Shown in pieces: positions 12,141 through 23,949 of a stretch of 51,090 nucleotides of DNA. Source of the stretch: Octopus bimaculoides (lineage: Eukaryota); assembly GCF_001194135.2 (NCBI RefSeq), contig NC_068997.1, positions 19,916,602 through 19,967,691 on the forward strand. The letters are read 5' to 3'. The position numbers and the translations under genes were made by a program. The notes under the pieces are model-generated. The model was not told the DNA's origin. It was given only the letters and a program-made list of their open reading frames with translations, and ran no database searches. Position 1 is the stretch's first letter; every line of letters starts with the position of its first letter.

Positions 12141-12665
12141 ATATTTATATNNNNNNNNNNNNNNNNNNNNNNNNNNNNNNNNNNNNNNNNNNNNNNNNNN
12201 NNNNNNNNNNNNNNNNNNNNNNNNNNNNNNNNNNNNNNNNNNNNNNNNNNNNNNNNNNNNNNNNNNNNNNNNNNNNNNNNNNNNNNNNNNNNNNNNNNNN
12301 NNNNNNNNNNNNNNNNNNNNNNNNNNNNNNNNNNNNNNNNNNNNNNNNNNNNNNNNNNNNNNNNNNNNNNNNNNNNNNNNNNNNNNNNNNNNNNNNNNNN
12401 NNNNNNNNNNNNNNNNNNNNNNNNNNNNNNNNNNNNNNNNNNNNNNNNNNNNNNNNNNNNNNNNNNNNNNNNNNNNNNNNNNNNNNNNNNNNNNNNNNNN
12501 NNNNNNNNNNNNNNNNNNNNNNNNNNNNNNNNNNNNNNNNNNNNNNNNNNNNNNNNNNNNNNNNNNNNNNNNNNNNNNNNNNNNNNNNNNNNNNNNNNNN
12601 NNNNNNNNNNNNNNNNNNNNNNNNNNNNNNNNNNNNNNNNNNNNNNNNNNNNNNNNNNNNNNNNN

Positions 12666-12727
12666 TTGCCCTCACTCAAGATTGCCCTCACTCAAGATTG
12701 CCCTCACTCAAGATTGCCCTCACTCAG
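12666..12727 (+). repeat. 16-bp tandem repeat TTGCCCTCACTCAAGA, ~4 units, running into a gap
   Basis: Three perfect units plus one partial immediately right of the N-run at 12151-12665. Confidence 0.9.
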
Positions 12728-13392
12728 GTTTTAACAAGAGTAGGATATGGATCGGATAAGTTATGAGTGAGCTGAGTGCAGCATTTACATTTCACCTCTC
12801 TCACATTGCTTGACAACCAATGTTGGTTTGTCTCTGTAAATACTAAACTTGAAAAAAAAAAGAATCTTTTCAACTACAAATGCCTCAAGGCTGTGCCCCA
12901 GCATGGCCACAGACCAATGATTGAAATAAATAAAACATAAAACTAATTTTACTACATTTAACACCTAGAATGTGGAGGTAAGATAGTTATAACCTTAACA
13001 AAAAAAAACCCATCAATTACTGAAAAATTGCAATGTTTTGTACAAGATTCACAGGAAGAAATAAAGAATTATCATTTTCATTTGACCAACCACATCATTC
13101 TCATGAACTGAATCAATTTCAGAAGACTAATAGCTTTTATTATAATTCTAGGTTTTATTTTATGTATATTTATTTTGTTAATAGTGTATATTTTAGTAAT
13201 GATTCAAGACCACTCAACAAGATGACTTTAGTAATTGTATGTATGAGTGTGTATCCTATCTATCTGTCTGTCTGTCTGTCTGTCTGTCTGGCTGTCTGTC
13301 TGTCTGTCTGTCTATCTATTTATCTATCTATCTATCTATCTATCTGTCTGTGTGGCTGTATGTCTGTCTCTCTCTCTATCTCTGCCTATCTG

Positions 13393-13447
<55 letters not shown>

Positions 13448-14158
13448 GTCTGTGTGGCTGCATGTCTGTCTCTCTCTCTATCTCTGTCAATCTGTCTGTC
13501 TATCTATCTATCTATCTTTTTTCTATCAAGTGCTCATATGCCCCAATATTAGATTATTTTCTTTAGTCAATACATGGTAATCTCTTACAAGCTTTAAGCT
13601 TATAAAATACTGTTATTATCATTATTTACAAAATAGTAAAATTTGGCACCATTTTTCAAAAACATCACATATATATATATATTTATATATACATACACAC
13701 ACACATGATGGGCTTCTTTCAGTTTCTGTCTATCAAATCCACTCACAAGGCTTTGATCAGCCCAAGGTTATAGCGGAAGACATTTGCTCAAAATTCCATG
13801 TAGTGGAAGTGAACCTGGAACTACGTGGTTGGCAAGCAAGCATCTTACCACACAGCCATGCCATTTTATAAATGAAAATAAGCTAAGAGAGATCAGTATG
13901 ACCATTGGCAAATATTTGAACAACAAAGATGAATAAAAGTATATGTTAAGTATCAATCTAGATAAATTCGTAATTTATTGAAATTATCTCCACTTACAGA
14001 GAAAGTAGATTGATCGCTTTGGGGCAATTGGGTCCAACTCCAAATGAGAAAAGTAGATGAGCTTAAGATTTAAGATTTCTCCAATACATACATACATACA
14101 TGTATGTATATATATATGTATACATATATATATGTTTATGTATTTATGTGTATGTATA

Positions 14159-14191
<33 letters not shown>

Positions 14192-14312
14192 TAAATAAGA
14201 TGAGATAATAAAGCCATATATATATATATATATGTGTATATGCATTAAATAGAATGAGACAACAAAGCCATGGCTGTGTGGAATTTTCAGGACATTCATA
14301 AAGAGAAAGTTA

Positions 14313-14360
14313 GTCTTACAGCTGTTTCTGGGATATTAGGGATAGCTCTTCATCAGAGAC
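14313..14360 (-). ncRNA. Minimal hammerhead-like motif with a decayed helix II
   Basis: Minus strand GTCT-CTGATGA-AGAGCTATCCCTAATATCCCA-GAAAC-AGCT-GTA-AGAC. Helix I GTCT/AGAC, palindromic helix III ACAGCTGT, GUA site. Confidence 0.65.
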
Positions 14361-14839
14361 AATGTGAGATGGTTAAATAGAGGGAAATAGTAGAGTTCAG
14401 TATAAGGAGTTATTTGGGAAAAGGATGGAAATAAGTATAAAGAGAAATAAGAGAATAAAAATTAAAATATGTGCAGGATGTTATAGTTGCAGTGCCATTA
14501 TCTAAGGAAAGTGATGTGTAGAAGTGGTAGAAATGCTTCTTGTCCATGGTATGTAAATTCCGATAGGAGTTCATATTTTGTCATTACAAATGGAAAGTGT
14601 GGAGACGTAGATTCCATGTGCTGTTCATTTAAAGGGGTCTTTGTGGTGTGAATGAAATTTTGAGAATGTAGTGGTACTAAGTACCTCTCTTTCTTTCTTC
14701 TTTCCTCACCTATTCCTTTTGACCATTCTCCTCATTTTAACATACACATCTTTCTCCCCTCTCTACCTACTTAGAGTTGTAGGCAAACCTCAGAATATGA
14801 ATACCTTTCAAATGGTGTAGATTATGATTATATTGGTGT

Positions 14840-15057
14840 TTAACACTTCAGCATTTAAACCAGCCATATCTGGCTCAAATATTCTGTGTTCTATGCTGAA
14901 ACTGACCAGATTCAAACTCTCACACCTACCCTGCTATGTCATTCTAAAAATAAGTACATATATCAAAATCTCAAAGCTATGAGATAATACATGATCAATT
15001 CAAACATTGTAAATCAGGATTACATTTAACAGAATAATCTGAATACAAAAGTGTTAA
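14840..15057. mobile_element. piggyBac-like MITE (TTAA at both ends)
   Basis: TTAACACTTCAGCATTTA ... TGAATACAAAAGTGTTAA, imperfect TIRs with TTAA flanks. A related 5' end TTAACCCTTTAGCATTCAAACCAGCCATATCTGG occurs at ~5091-5190. Confidence 0.6.
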
Positions 15058-15129
15058 TGCAAAAATAAAAAACAAAAAATGGTAAATTCTCACACAAACT
15101 TACTGACACACATCACATAATTATCATTA

Positions 15130-16102
15130 GAGATATAAAGCAGCTGAAAAAGTTATTCAAATGTTTGATGCTTTTCGTGGATGGTTAGCAAAGTTCAAAT
15201 ATCAATATAGTCTGCATATCATTTAGATAACAATGGAATCAGGAAGTGCTGACATCCTCCAGACTGCATCAGAAGTTCTAGCGTAAGTGAAATGCTTCAT
15301 AGAAAGAAGTAAATATACAGCAAATATAATTTTTAATGTAGTCAGATGTAGATTATTTTGGAAAAGTCTAAAACTTTTTATATTATTAGCATGCTCGTTA
15401 GTACATCAGACAAAATAGTTAGTTGCAATTTTCTAGTTCTTTACATTCTGAGTTCCAATATCACTGAGGTCACCTTTGCCGTTCATCCTTGCAGGGTTGA
15501 TGAAATGAAGTACAAGTGAAGGACTGTGTTGATGTCATTGAGTTACCCCGTTTCATCTGAATTTGCTGGCCTTGTGCCAAAATTTGAAACTGTTATTTGC
15601 GTAGTCATCACAAGATCTACAATATCAGTGTGATTGGTTCCCTTAACAGTTTGTTTAAAGCAATGGTTCCCAAAGTGGGCAGTATTGCTCCCTTGTGGGG
15701 CAGTGGAAAGTTCCAAGGGGGCATTGAAAAAAAGTGGGGTGATAATGAGGTAGTGATTCATGTAAAAAGGGGTGATAATGGGGTGTCGATTCATGTAAAA
15801 GCAACAAAATAATGGATTCATTAGGTTAAGTTTTATTTGTGAAATACAGTTGCTTCGAATTTGTTTCAGAAAGAGGTCTATGTTTGCCTGTATCACAAAA
15901 AAGTACTCAGTATACTCAGTAAAGAAGTTGGTATTATAAAGGACACTCAACCATAGAAACTAAGCCGAAACTGACACTGGAACTCAACACAGCCCAGTCC
16001 CTTGCCAGATCCTGTCAAACCACCCAACCAATGCCAGCATGGAAAACAGACATTTGGTGGTGGTGGTGGTGGTGGTGGTGACAACGACATTGATGAAGAT
16101 GG

Positions 16103-16134
<32 letters not shown>

Positions 16135-16660
16135 GTGATGATTGTAGAAGACCTTTAAGTTAGTTGATTGCAGCAACTGATGATAAACACCAGTGTGTTA
16201 AAGAAAAATTCTGGAAAAAATTATATTATAAAAGAAAAAAAATGTTAAATGACTGGGAAGAAGTTAATTGTGCCTAATTAGGTTTCAGAGCAAAAAAAAA
16301 AAAAAGAAAAAGAAGAAGGAAAAAAAATTGCATCTAAATATAATTAAGAAGAACTTTAGGATTGGACGAAACATTTTCAATCTGCAATAATAGCCTTGAA
16401 CAAATGACACAAGAAAGGAGATTTGAAGACATTGATGCAGGAGATATCAATGATTTATTGTGAATTGATAACAAGACCCTCACCTTTTGGGACATTAAGG
16501 AGATAATGGAACTGCAGGCTTGTAGATCAGATAGCAAACAAGAGAAAAGCCTGAGTGAGGTAACGCATACTATGGAGTGAATTTCAAAGATCAGTTCAAA
16601 TTTTGAACAAAGTATGAAGTTAAAAAGTTGTCAATGGTAGTGCTAAATTGTTACAGGAAA
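15130..16660 (+). pseudogene. Fragmented Tigger/pogo-like transposase relic interrupted by later insertions
   Basis: 15130-15310 reads FDAFRGWLAKFKYQYSLHII*ITMESGSAD (CENP-B HTH-like, compare FxASRGWxxxFKxRxxL...GESASAD). About 16400-16520 reads FEDIDAGDINDLL*IDNKTLTFWDIKEIMEL. Contains stops and frameshifts. Confidence 0.6.
15661..15790 (+). mobile_element. hAT (Charlie-like) terminal fragment
   Basis: Begins CAATGGTTCCCAAAGTGGG, resembling the CAGTGGTTCCCAAA termini of Charlie-type hATs. No partner end found. Confidence 0.5.
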
Positions 16661-16844
16661 GAATCAGAGGCTTGTCAGAACAAAGCAAAGCAGCCAAATG
16701 CAGCCATAAATCTAACTGGATCAGTAAATAGTACTGTATTTATTTTAGTTTTGTAGATTTGTTTTACTTGTTGCATAAGGTGTGTATATATTTTTCATTG
16801 CTTTTTTCCAAAGATTTATGTATATATACATATATATATATATC

Positions 16845-17130
16845 ATCATCATCATCATCATCGTTTAACGTCTGCTTTCCATGCTAGCATGGGTTGGACG
16901 ATTTGACTGAGGACTGGTGAAACCGGATGGCTACACCAGGCTCCAATCTGATTTGGCAGAGTTTCTACAGCTGGATGCCCTTCCTAACGCCAACCACTCT
17001 GAGAGTGTAGTGGGTGCTTTTACCTGCCACCCGCATGAGGCCAGTCAGGTGGTACTGGCAATGGCCACACTCAAATGGTGTATTTTATGTGCCACCCACA
17101 CAAGAGCCAGTCCAGGGGCACTGGCAACAA
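16845..17130 (-). mobile_element. SINE-like family A, young subfamily
   Basis: Near-identical reverse complement of 3200-3415. Confidence 0.8.
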
Positions 17131-17230
17131 TCTTGCTCGAAAGTCCATTACACATGTCATGGGCACAAGTGCCAGAAAGGCGACGCTGGGCATAGGTACC
17201 ATCCCGATTTTGCTTTATATATATATATAT

Positions 17231-18080
17231 ATGAGGGGGTACCCAAAGGAAACCAGAATTTTGCAATATTATTTTATTCACTTAGTTTTTTATATGTCTA
17301 CATTTTTATCGCTTCAAAGTATTCTCCATTTGAAGCAATGCATCAGCCCAGACACGTTTTCCACTGTTTGGGGCAGTGCTGGAACTCTAGCGATGTGGTA
17401 CCTTTTAACGCCTGTCATTTTTTCCTTCACCTCTTCCACATCTGCAAATTCCGTAGCACCAGCTTTCATCACCAGTGATGGCCTTTAACAAGAGGTCGGG
17501 ATCAACTTTTAGCTGTTCTTTCAGTTCACAACACTCATTCAATCATGACTGCTTTTGATCTTCCGTGAGCTAGCAAAGCACAAGTTTTGCTGCAACTCTA
17601 TTCATTTGCAATTCTTCACTCAAAATTCATTGACAGGAGCTCCAGTACACACCAGTCATATATCAACAAGTCTGTCAATTGTTCGGTGACAATCCTCCAA
17701 GATTCGTTTGGGAGGTCAACAGCCATCCTGAATGAGGTTGGTCTTCAAGCAACAAGTGACCATTCCTAAAGCATGAAAACCACTCATAAACTTGTGTTTT
17801 GTTCATGGCAGCATCTTTGTAAGCTGTTTGAAGCATGACAACTGTTTCAGCCACCGTTTTCCCCAGCAGAAAACAGAATTTCATGGAAGCATATTGTTCC
17901 TTTAATTCAGCCATCGCAAAAATCGATGAACTGTGGAGAAGCACTGCAAAAAAAAAGATGTACCATGTGGCAGTATGACCTGACTGGACACGGCTGATGA
18001 GCAGACTGATGCCTGAGGGTGACATCAAGTGGCTTCTAGCAGTGGAAGCCTGAACTACAATGAGCTTGTCCTACACAGAA
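17231..18080 (-). mobile_element. Internally deleted mariner (Tc1/mariner) transposon
   Basis: N-terminal HTH MAELKEQYASMKFCFLLGKTVAETVVMLQTAYKDAAMNKTQVYEWFSCFRNGHLLLEDQPHSG, and C-terminus ...CIASNGEYFE near 17320-17350. One end (GAGGGGGTACCCAAA) abuts a (TA)n run. The other end is not found before a SINE at 18085. Confidence 0.85.
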
Positions 18081-18084
18081 CTAT

Positions 18085-18268
18085 TTCTTTATTGCCCACA
18101 AGGGGATAAACATAGAGGGGACAAACAAGGACAGACAAAGGGATTAAGCTGATTACATCAACCCCAGTGCGTAACTGGTACTTAATTTATTGACCCTGAA
18201 AGGATGAAAGGCAGAGTCGTCCTCGGTGGAATTTGAACTTAGAACGTAACGGCAGGCGAAATGCTTAA
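18085..18268 (-). mobile_element. tRNA-derived SINE family B, 5'-truncated, antisense, ~215 bp upstream of the DGK exon at 18484
   Basis: The reverse complement matches the + copy at ~43850-44033, including the TTTGTCCCCTCTATGTTTA(T/G)CCCCTTGTGGGCAAT tail. Confidence 0.8.
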
Positions 18269-18483
18269 GTTACTATCTTAAGGAATTGCTATCATATTGT
18301 ATTTAACTGATTTTTTTTTTCAAAAGGGTCTCTAATTTGATGTCAATGCTCTTGATATTTGACACTTCTTTGCACATATATGCACGTGTGTGTGTGTGTG
18401 CGTGTTCATGTATTTGGTTTCCTTCCTATCTTTCTTGTTAACCTTTCTAAACCTTTTTTTTTTGTCATTTATTTTCATTTCAG

Positions 18484-18582
18484 TATCATGAAAAATGTGC
18501 TTCGAGTATAAAACAAGAATGTGATTTAGGAGAGTTCAGAGAGCATATTTTACCACCGACATCCATTGTTCCAGCAGTTGTG
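18484..18582 (+). CDS. DGKB: DGK exon, end of C1B plus the conserved HILPP extension
   Basis: Acceptor attttcatttcAG|, donor |GTAAGA, 99 nt, phase 0 to 0. Translates [33 protein letters not shown] (compare DGKB [33 protein letters not shown]). Confidence 0.95.
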
Positions 18583-18606
18583 GTAAGAAGAATCATTAAC
18601 ATAGTT

Positions 18607-18660
<54 letters not shown>

Positions 18661-19493
18661 GTTATTATTATTATTATTGTTGTTATTATTATTATTATTA
18701 TTATTAAAAACAGTGAGTGACAAGATCGTTAGCACACTAGACAAAATGCTTGGTGGCACTTGGTCTGTCTTTATGATCTGAGTTCAAATTCTGCCTTTTA
18801 TCCCTCTTTGGATTTGATAACATAAGTACCAGTTGGGTAGTGGGAATCAACATTACTGACTAGCCCCTTTCTCCTCAAAAACTGGACCAAAATTTGAAGC
18901 CATTATTATTCATCATCATCATATTATTATATTATTATTATTATTTTATGTTTGACTTTTGTTTTGCATTTGTACAAGTTGGCTCCAAGTCTCACCCATA
19001 GACTTCAAGAGACAACAAGTTAGAAATTCATGTAGGTGTTATGCCTAGGGTACCATATATTTGGATTTGTACATAGTGTTGTTCTAGAGAATGTTTAAGA
19101 AACCATAAGAAAATTATGTGTTTGTTTTAAAATTTGAGATCACATAGACAGTATTTTACGTAGGATATGGGCAGTTCCCATGAGCACTATCTTTTGAACT
19201 TCAGCCATTTTGGGGTTTCCTGGTATCTGAGCTAGGTAGTAATTATTATTATTATTATTATTATTGTTATTAAAGACAATGAAATGGCAGAATTACTAGC
19301 TCACTGGACAAAACGCTTAGCATTGTTTCTTCCGGTTTTATATTCTGAGTCTAAATTCCACCAAGGTTAAATAACTTTACCTCTCACCCTTTTGGCATGA
19401 TAAAATAAATGCCAGTCAAATACTAGAGTCAATATAACCAAATAGTCACCTTTCCAACAAATTTCAGGCTTTGTACCTATAGTAGAAGGATTA

Positions 19494-19552
<59 letters not shown>

Positions 19553-20137
19553 ATAAATATTATTGTTGTCATTTAACTGCCTTCTTTCTATTGTGTGCTT
19601 TTACTGCACTACCAAGTATAACTTTGTGTGCCTTATGTATGTACACTGTATGAGATATGTAGCATTGCTATTTTACGTATGTTATGCATATCTGTAAGTC
19701 TTTGGGTTGTGGTTATGTGTTTGTCTACATGTGTTTTTTTATCATTCCCAAAGTACCTATTATCATAGAGATTGTTTCTGTTCTCAGGCCCCACTTTCAG
19801 GTTATTTCTCTTTCCAGACCTTAATATTCCTCCATTTCTTTTGGAGTTACATTATCATCTGTTGGGATTGATATGTTAATTAAGAAATATTTCATTTCCT
19901 GGTGGTTCTCATCAACACTATCTTGTTGAATATCCTTGATTTCTGTCTGTATATATTGGCATATCTCAGAGTATGGTTGGTTTGCCATTCTTAGAGACCT
20001 ATCATTATTATTATTCTTTTTAACTCAGGTTTTGTTGGAACTCCTGGACTCTTGTATGCATTGTGGCCTTGCTGCCTGCAGCCTGCAGTACCATACTATC
20101 TGTTCTTTTCAACTATCTAATACTTTCCTGATCATTA

Positions 20138-20168
<31 letters not shown>

Positions 20169-21515
20169 ATGATGGCGGCAGCCAAAATTCTTAACGGTAT
20201 TTCGTCTGCCACTACATTCTGAGTTCAGATTCCACCGAGGTCAGTTTTGTCTTTCATCCTTTTGGGACCAATAAATTAAGCACCAGTTGAGTCCAGGGCT
20301 CAATGTAATTGACTTACCCCTCCCCTAAAATTTCAAACCTTGTGCCTAGAGTAGAAAAGATTATCATTATTATTATTATTATTAATAATAATAATTTTAT
20401 TATTATTATTATTATTAGTAGTAGTAGTAGTAGTAGTATTGAAGGCTCTGAGGTGGCAGTATTGTTACTGCACCAAAATGCTTAGCAGCAGTTCTTTTGG
20501 CTTTATGTTCAAGGTCAAGGTCGACTTTGCTCTTCATCTTCTTGAGGCCAATAAAATCACTGCCAGTTGAGTACTAGATTTATGTAATCAACTATCTCTA
20601 CCCTCAAAATTTCTGATCTGTCTACATTACTATTATGTATTTGTATTGATGTTCGTAATTTGATCAATGATTCTTTTTGCTGATTTTAGAGGAGTGGCGA
20701 TGTACACAGACATCAAGCCACAGGTAGTCCTCAGACGTTGCATTGCTTATTTAGATTAGGAACATAACTGCATAACTGCATCATACATTTGTGTCTTATT
20801 GCCTTTTAGAGTGTGCTGAATATAGTTCATGTCAATTCTTTTGTCTTACATAATTCAAACAAATCAAATGTTATTTTTAATGTTCTTAATATCAAAATGC
20901 TCCTTTTAATGTTCCCTAATATCAAAAGACAAAACAATCTAATTCTGATAACAATGTCTGGTCTGTTAATAATAGTGGTGTTTGTTAATTTTATATACAT
21001 TGCTTATGTCTTATTTCAGGTATCTGAGAATTTTACCTTGCATGGGTTGGTGTAGTAGTGACCTTATTATTGTTGTTGTTGTTGTTACTATCATAATTGC
21101 TTAGTTGCATTTCTTCCATGTTGAATATGTTCGAAGCTAAATCCCACTGAAGTCAAATCTTTTATGATTGATACAATAACGTATCAGTCAAGTACTGGGG
21201 TGGATGTAATTGACTTTTCTATCTCTTCAAAAAATTGCTAGCCAGAATTAGAAAGAATTATTATTATCATTATTGTTTGGTGGTATTTCTTCTGGCTCTA
21301 TATCATTCTGAGTTCAAATCCCACCAGGTTTAACCTTACCTTACGTCCTTTCAGAATCAATAAAACAATGTACCAGTCAAATACTGGGGTTGATATAATC
21401 AACCAACTCCATTCTTCTAAAACTATTGACTTTGGTCCAAAATTTGAAACAATTATAAAGATTTAGAAATAATACATTTCTAAATCTCTCAGAGAGATTT
21501 ATGCAGTAGTGATAC

Positions 21516-21935
21516 ATTGAAGTAGTTGTATGCTGTCAACTTAATGTGACAGTCCCATGAAGGGAATAATACTACTGTTGTTTAGACCTAGGAAGCTGCA
21601 CCTCTTTCTGTCGGCCTTGACACATTTCCTGTGTCCTTATGTTTACAAGAGGGAGACAAGCACCTCCACACAGCTAAGCCTACAAGAGCTTGACAGGCAT
21701 CTTCAACTAACAAGTCATGCTGCTCTAGACTGATGATGAGCAAAGACTCAGAAACATGTCTCTGGATGCAGGCTTAGCTGGGTGGAGGTGCTTGTCTCCC
21801 CCTTGTAAACATAAGGACACAGGAAATGTGTCAAGGCCAACAGGAAGTGGTGCAGCTTCCTAGGTCTAAACAACAGTAGTATTATTTCCTTCATGGGACT
21901 GTCACATTAAGTTGACAGCATACAACTGCTTCAAT
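21516..21935. mobile_element. Fold-back element: 169-bp inverted arms around a hammerhead-containing loop (possibly Penelope-like derived)
   Basis: Arms 21516-21684 and 21767-21935 are reverse complements with 8 mismatches by manual comparison. Confidence 0.85.
21724..21766 (+). ncRNA. Minimal type I hammerhead ribozyme motif
   Basis: TCTAGA-CTGATGA-TGAG(CAAAGA)CTCA-GAAA-CATGT-C-TCTGGA. Helix I has 6 bp (one G.U), core CUGAUGA, helix II 4 bp, GAAA, palindromic helix III ACAUGU and a GUC cleavage triplet at 21758-21760. Confidence 0.8.
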
Positions 21936-22559
21936 TATAAAGATATCAAGCTGCTAGAATCACTAGTGTTGGATAAAATGCTAGGTGGCATTTCTACCAA
22001 CACTTCACTTCCTGAGTCCAAATCTCAACAAGGTCAACTTTACCTTTCATCCTTTCAGAGTTGATAAAATAACTGTTTCCATACATCTCCACTGATTATG
22101 AAGAGATTTCTTATGTATTTCCTAGATTTTTTTGTTTTTTGTTTTTCTGTTCCATGGTTACAAAATCTATTTTACAGACCATGAAGCCTTACAGATTTTT
22201 TTCTCTCATTTGGTTTAGACTGTGTTCTCATTTCTTAATGTCTATCATCACACACATTTTGTTTGAAAATAATGGCTACCTTAGAAAGCTATCATAACCT
22301 GTTAAAAAGTGTTCCTGTCATTTTGCACTGATAATTACACATTATTAAACTAATTAGTTGTAGAAACTGGTTCTCAGTGGTTTTACTTTTTTTTTTCTGA
22401 TTTCAATTTCTATAGGAAAAGTTCTACAATAAAACCATCATTTTACTATTTAATGCTATTGAATTTGCAGCACTGAAGTCTGGTATTTTATTGATTTTCA
22501 GAGTTCTTTCCAAAGACCATATCCCAAAATTGCTTACTTCATTTATTTATTTATTTATC

Positions 22560-22615
<56 letters not shown>

Positions 22616-23949
22616 AGTACTGAAAATTTCATAATTAATATTCTAGCACAGCCCTTTAAAATTCAGAATATAGAAGAAAATCTCTCTAAGGATATACCAT
22701 TTACTCAACCTATATGAACTATGTTATCAAAAGAAAGAAAGAAATTATATGAAATTAAGCTAATGACGTTAACAATCAGCCCTAGTAATTTGTTAAAAAT
22801 CATTTCCATTAGCAAGTCATAATTATAATTTTTTTTTTTACTATTTCTATTTCATATGCATCATAGACATGCTTGCTTTTTGATCAGTTGAGAGAAATTA
22901 TTTTACAAATATCTGCAGTTATACAAACATAAATAAAGACTATGCAATAAGCACCAATCTAAAACAAATAGCCAGCCAGCCTGCAATTAGAGCAATCAAA
23001 TCTCTCTAAGAAACAATTTAGGCAGCTTCCACCTGCTTCATGTTATGTTCTGTAATATGTGCACTGCAGTCTTGTCAGCATTCATTCAACACATTTATAA
23101 TATTGGCTAGAAAACTTTAAACACTTTTCTCCAGTGTTGGCACAGAATATTTTTCTGGATACTTTCAAAGTGTGGGATTTTGATATTGCTGTACCATCAG
23201 AGATGAAAGCCAAAGATTATTATGTAACACAGGCAATTGGTTAAAACATGCAGCCTGCCACACCATGCTGTAATGAAGGCGCACTTCATGTATTCTTACC
23301 AAAGAACAGATTGATTTAATATTATTAACTCTTTTTCAAATGTTTTCCTGGATATTTTTCCCACCAGCTGCATGCATAATTTCAAATTTAATTAAGATTT
23401 TGGAATTTTCTCCCCATTTTGGTTATTTGATATTTTGGAGTTGTTGACCCATTTCAAGTTTTGATGTTTTCGTTCATCCTTGCTGGCCTTGATCAAACTT
23501 TTACATTGTTCTAATGATTTCTCCTGGTCAATTAATTCATAGAGAATTTCAATTAACCTAAATATTAAATTATCTATTTCTGTAAACATATATATATATA
23601 TATAAAACTAATGGGTACTCTGTCGGTTACGATGATGTGGTTTCTAGCTGATTCATAAATTAATGTGCAAGTGGCTGAGTACTCCACAGAGGCATGTACC
23701 CTTAACGTAGTTCTCAGGGAGATTGAGAATGACACAAAGTGTGACAAGGCTGACCCATTGAATTACAGGTACTACTCATTTTTACTAAGCTGATTGGACT
23801 GGAGCAATGTGAAATAAAGTATCTTGCTCAAGGACACAACACTCCACCAGGTATTGAACTTACAACCTTCCAATCATGTGCTGAATATCCTAACCACTCA
23901 GCTACGTGCCTTCACACACACACACAAACACGTGCATACACAAATAACA

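Larger units (their letters stand above)
18710..22075 (+). mobile_element. Cluster of ~7 same-orientation family B SINEs separated by (ATT)n tracts
   Basis: Copies at ~18710, 19275, 20170, 20440, 21100, 21275 and 21950, each with a GAGTTCAAAT-like B box and the TTTCATCCTTT core. Another + copy lies at ~15375-15595. Confidence 0.75.

Noticed and set aside
20690-20723. Possible micro-exon (ttttAG|AGGAGTGGCGATGTACACAGACATCAAGCCACAG|gtagtc)
   Set aside because: Weak donor, and 34 nt would break the frame between the phase-0 exons at 18582 and 27096.
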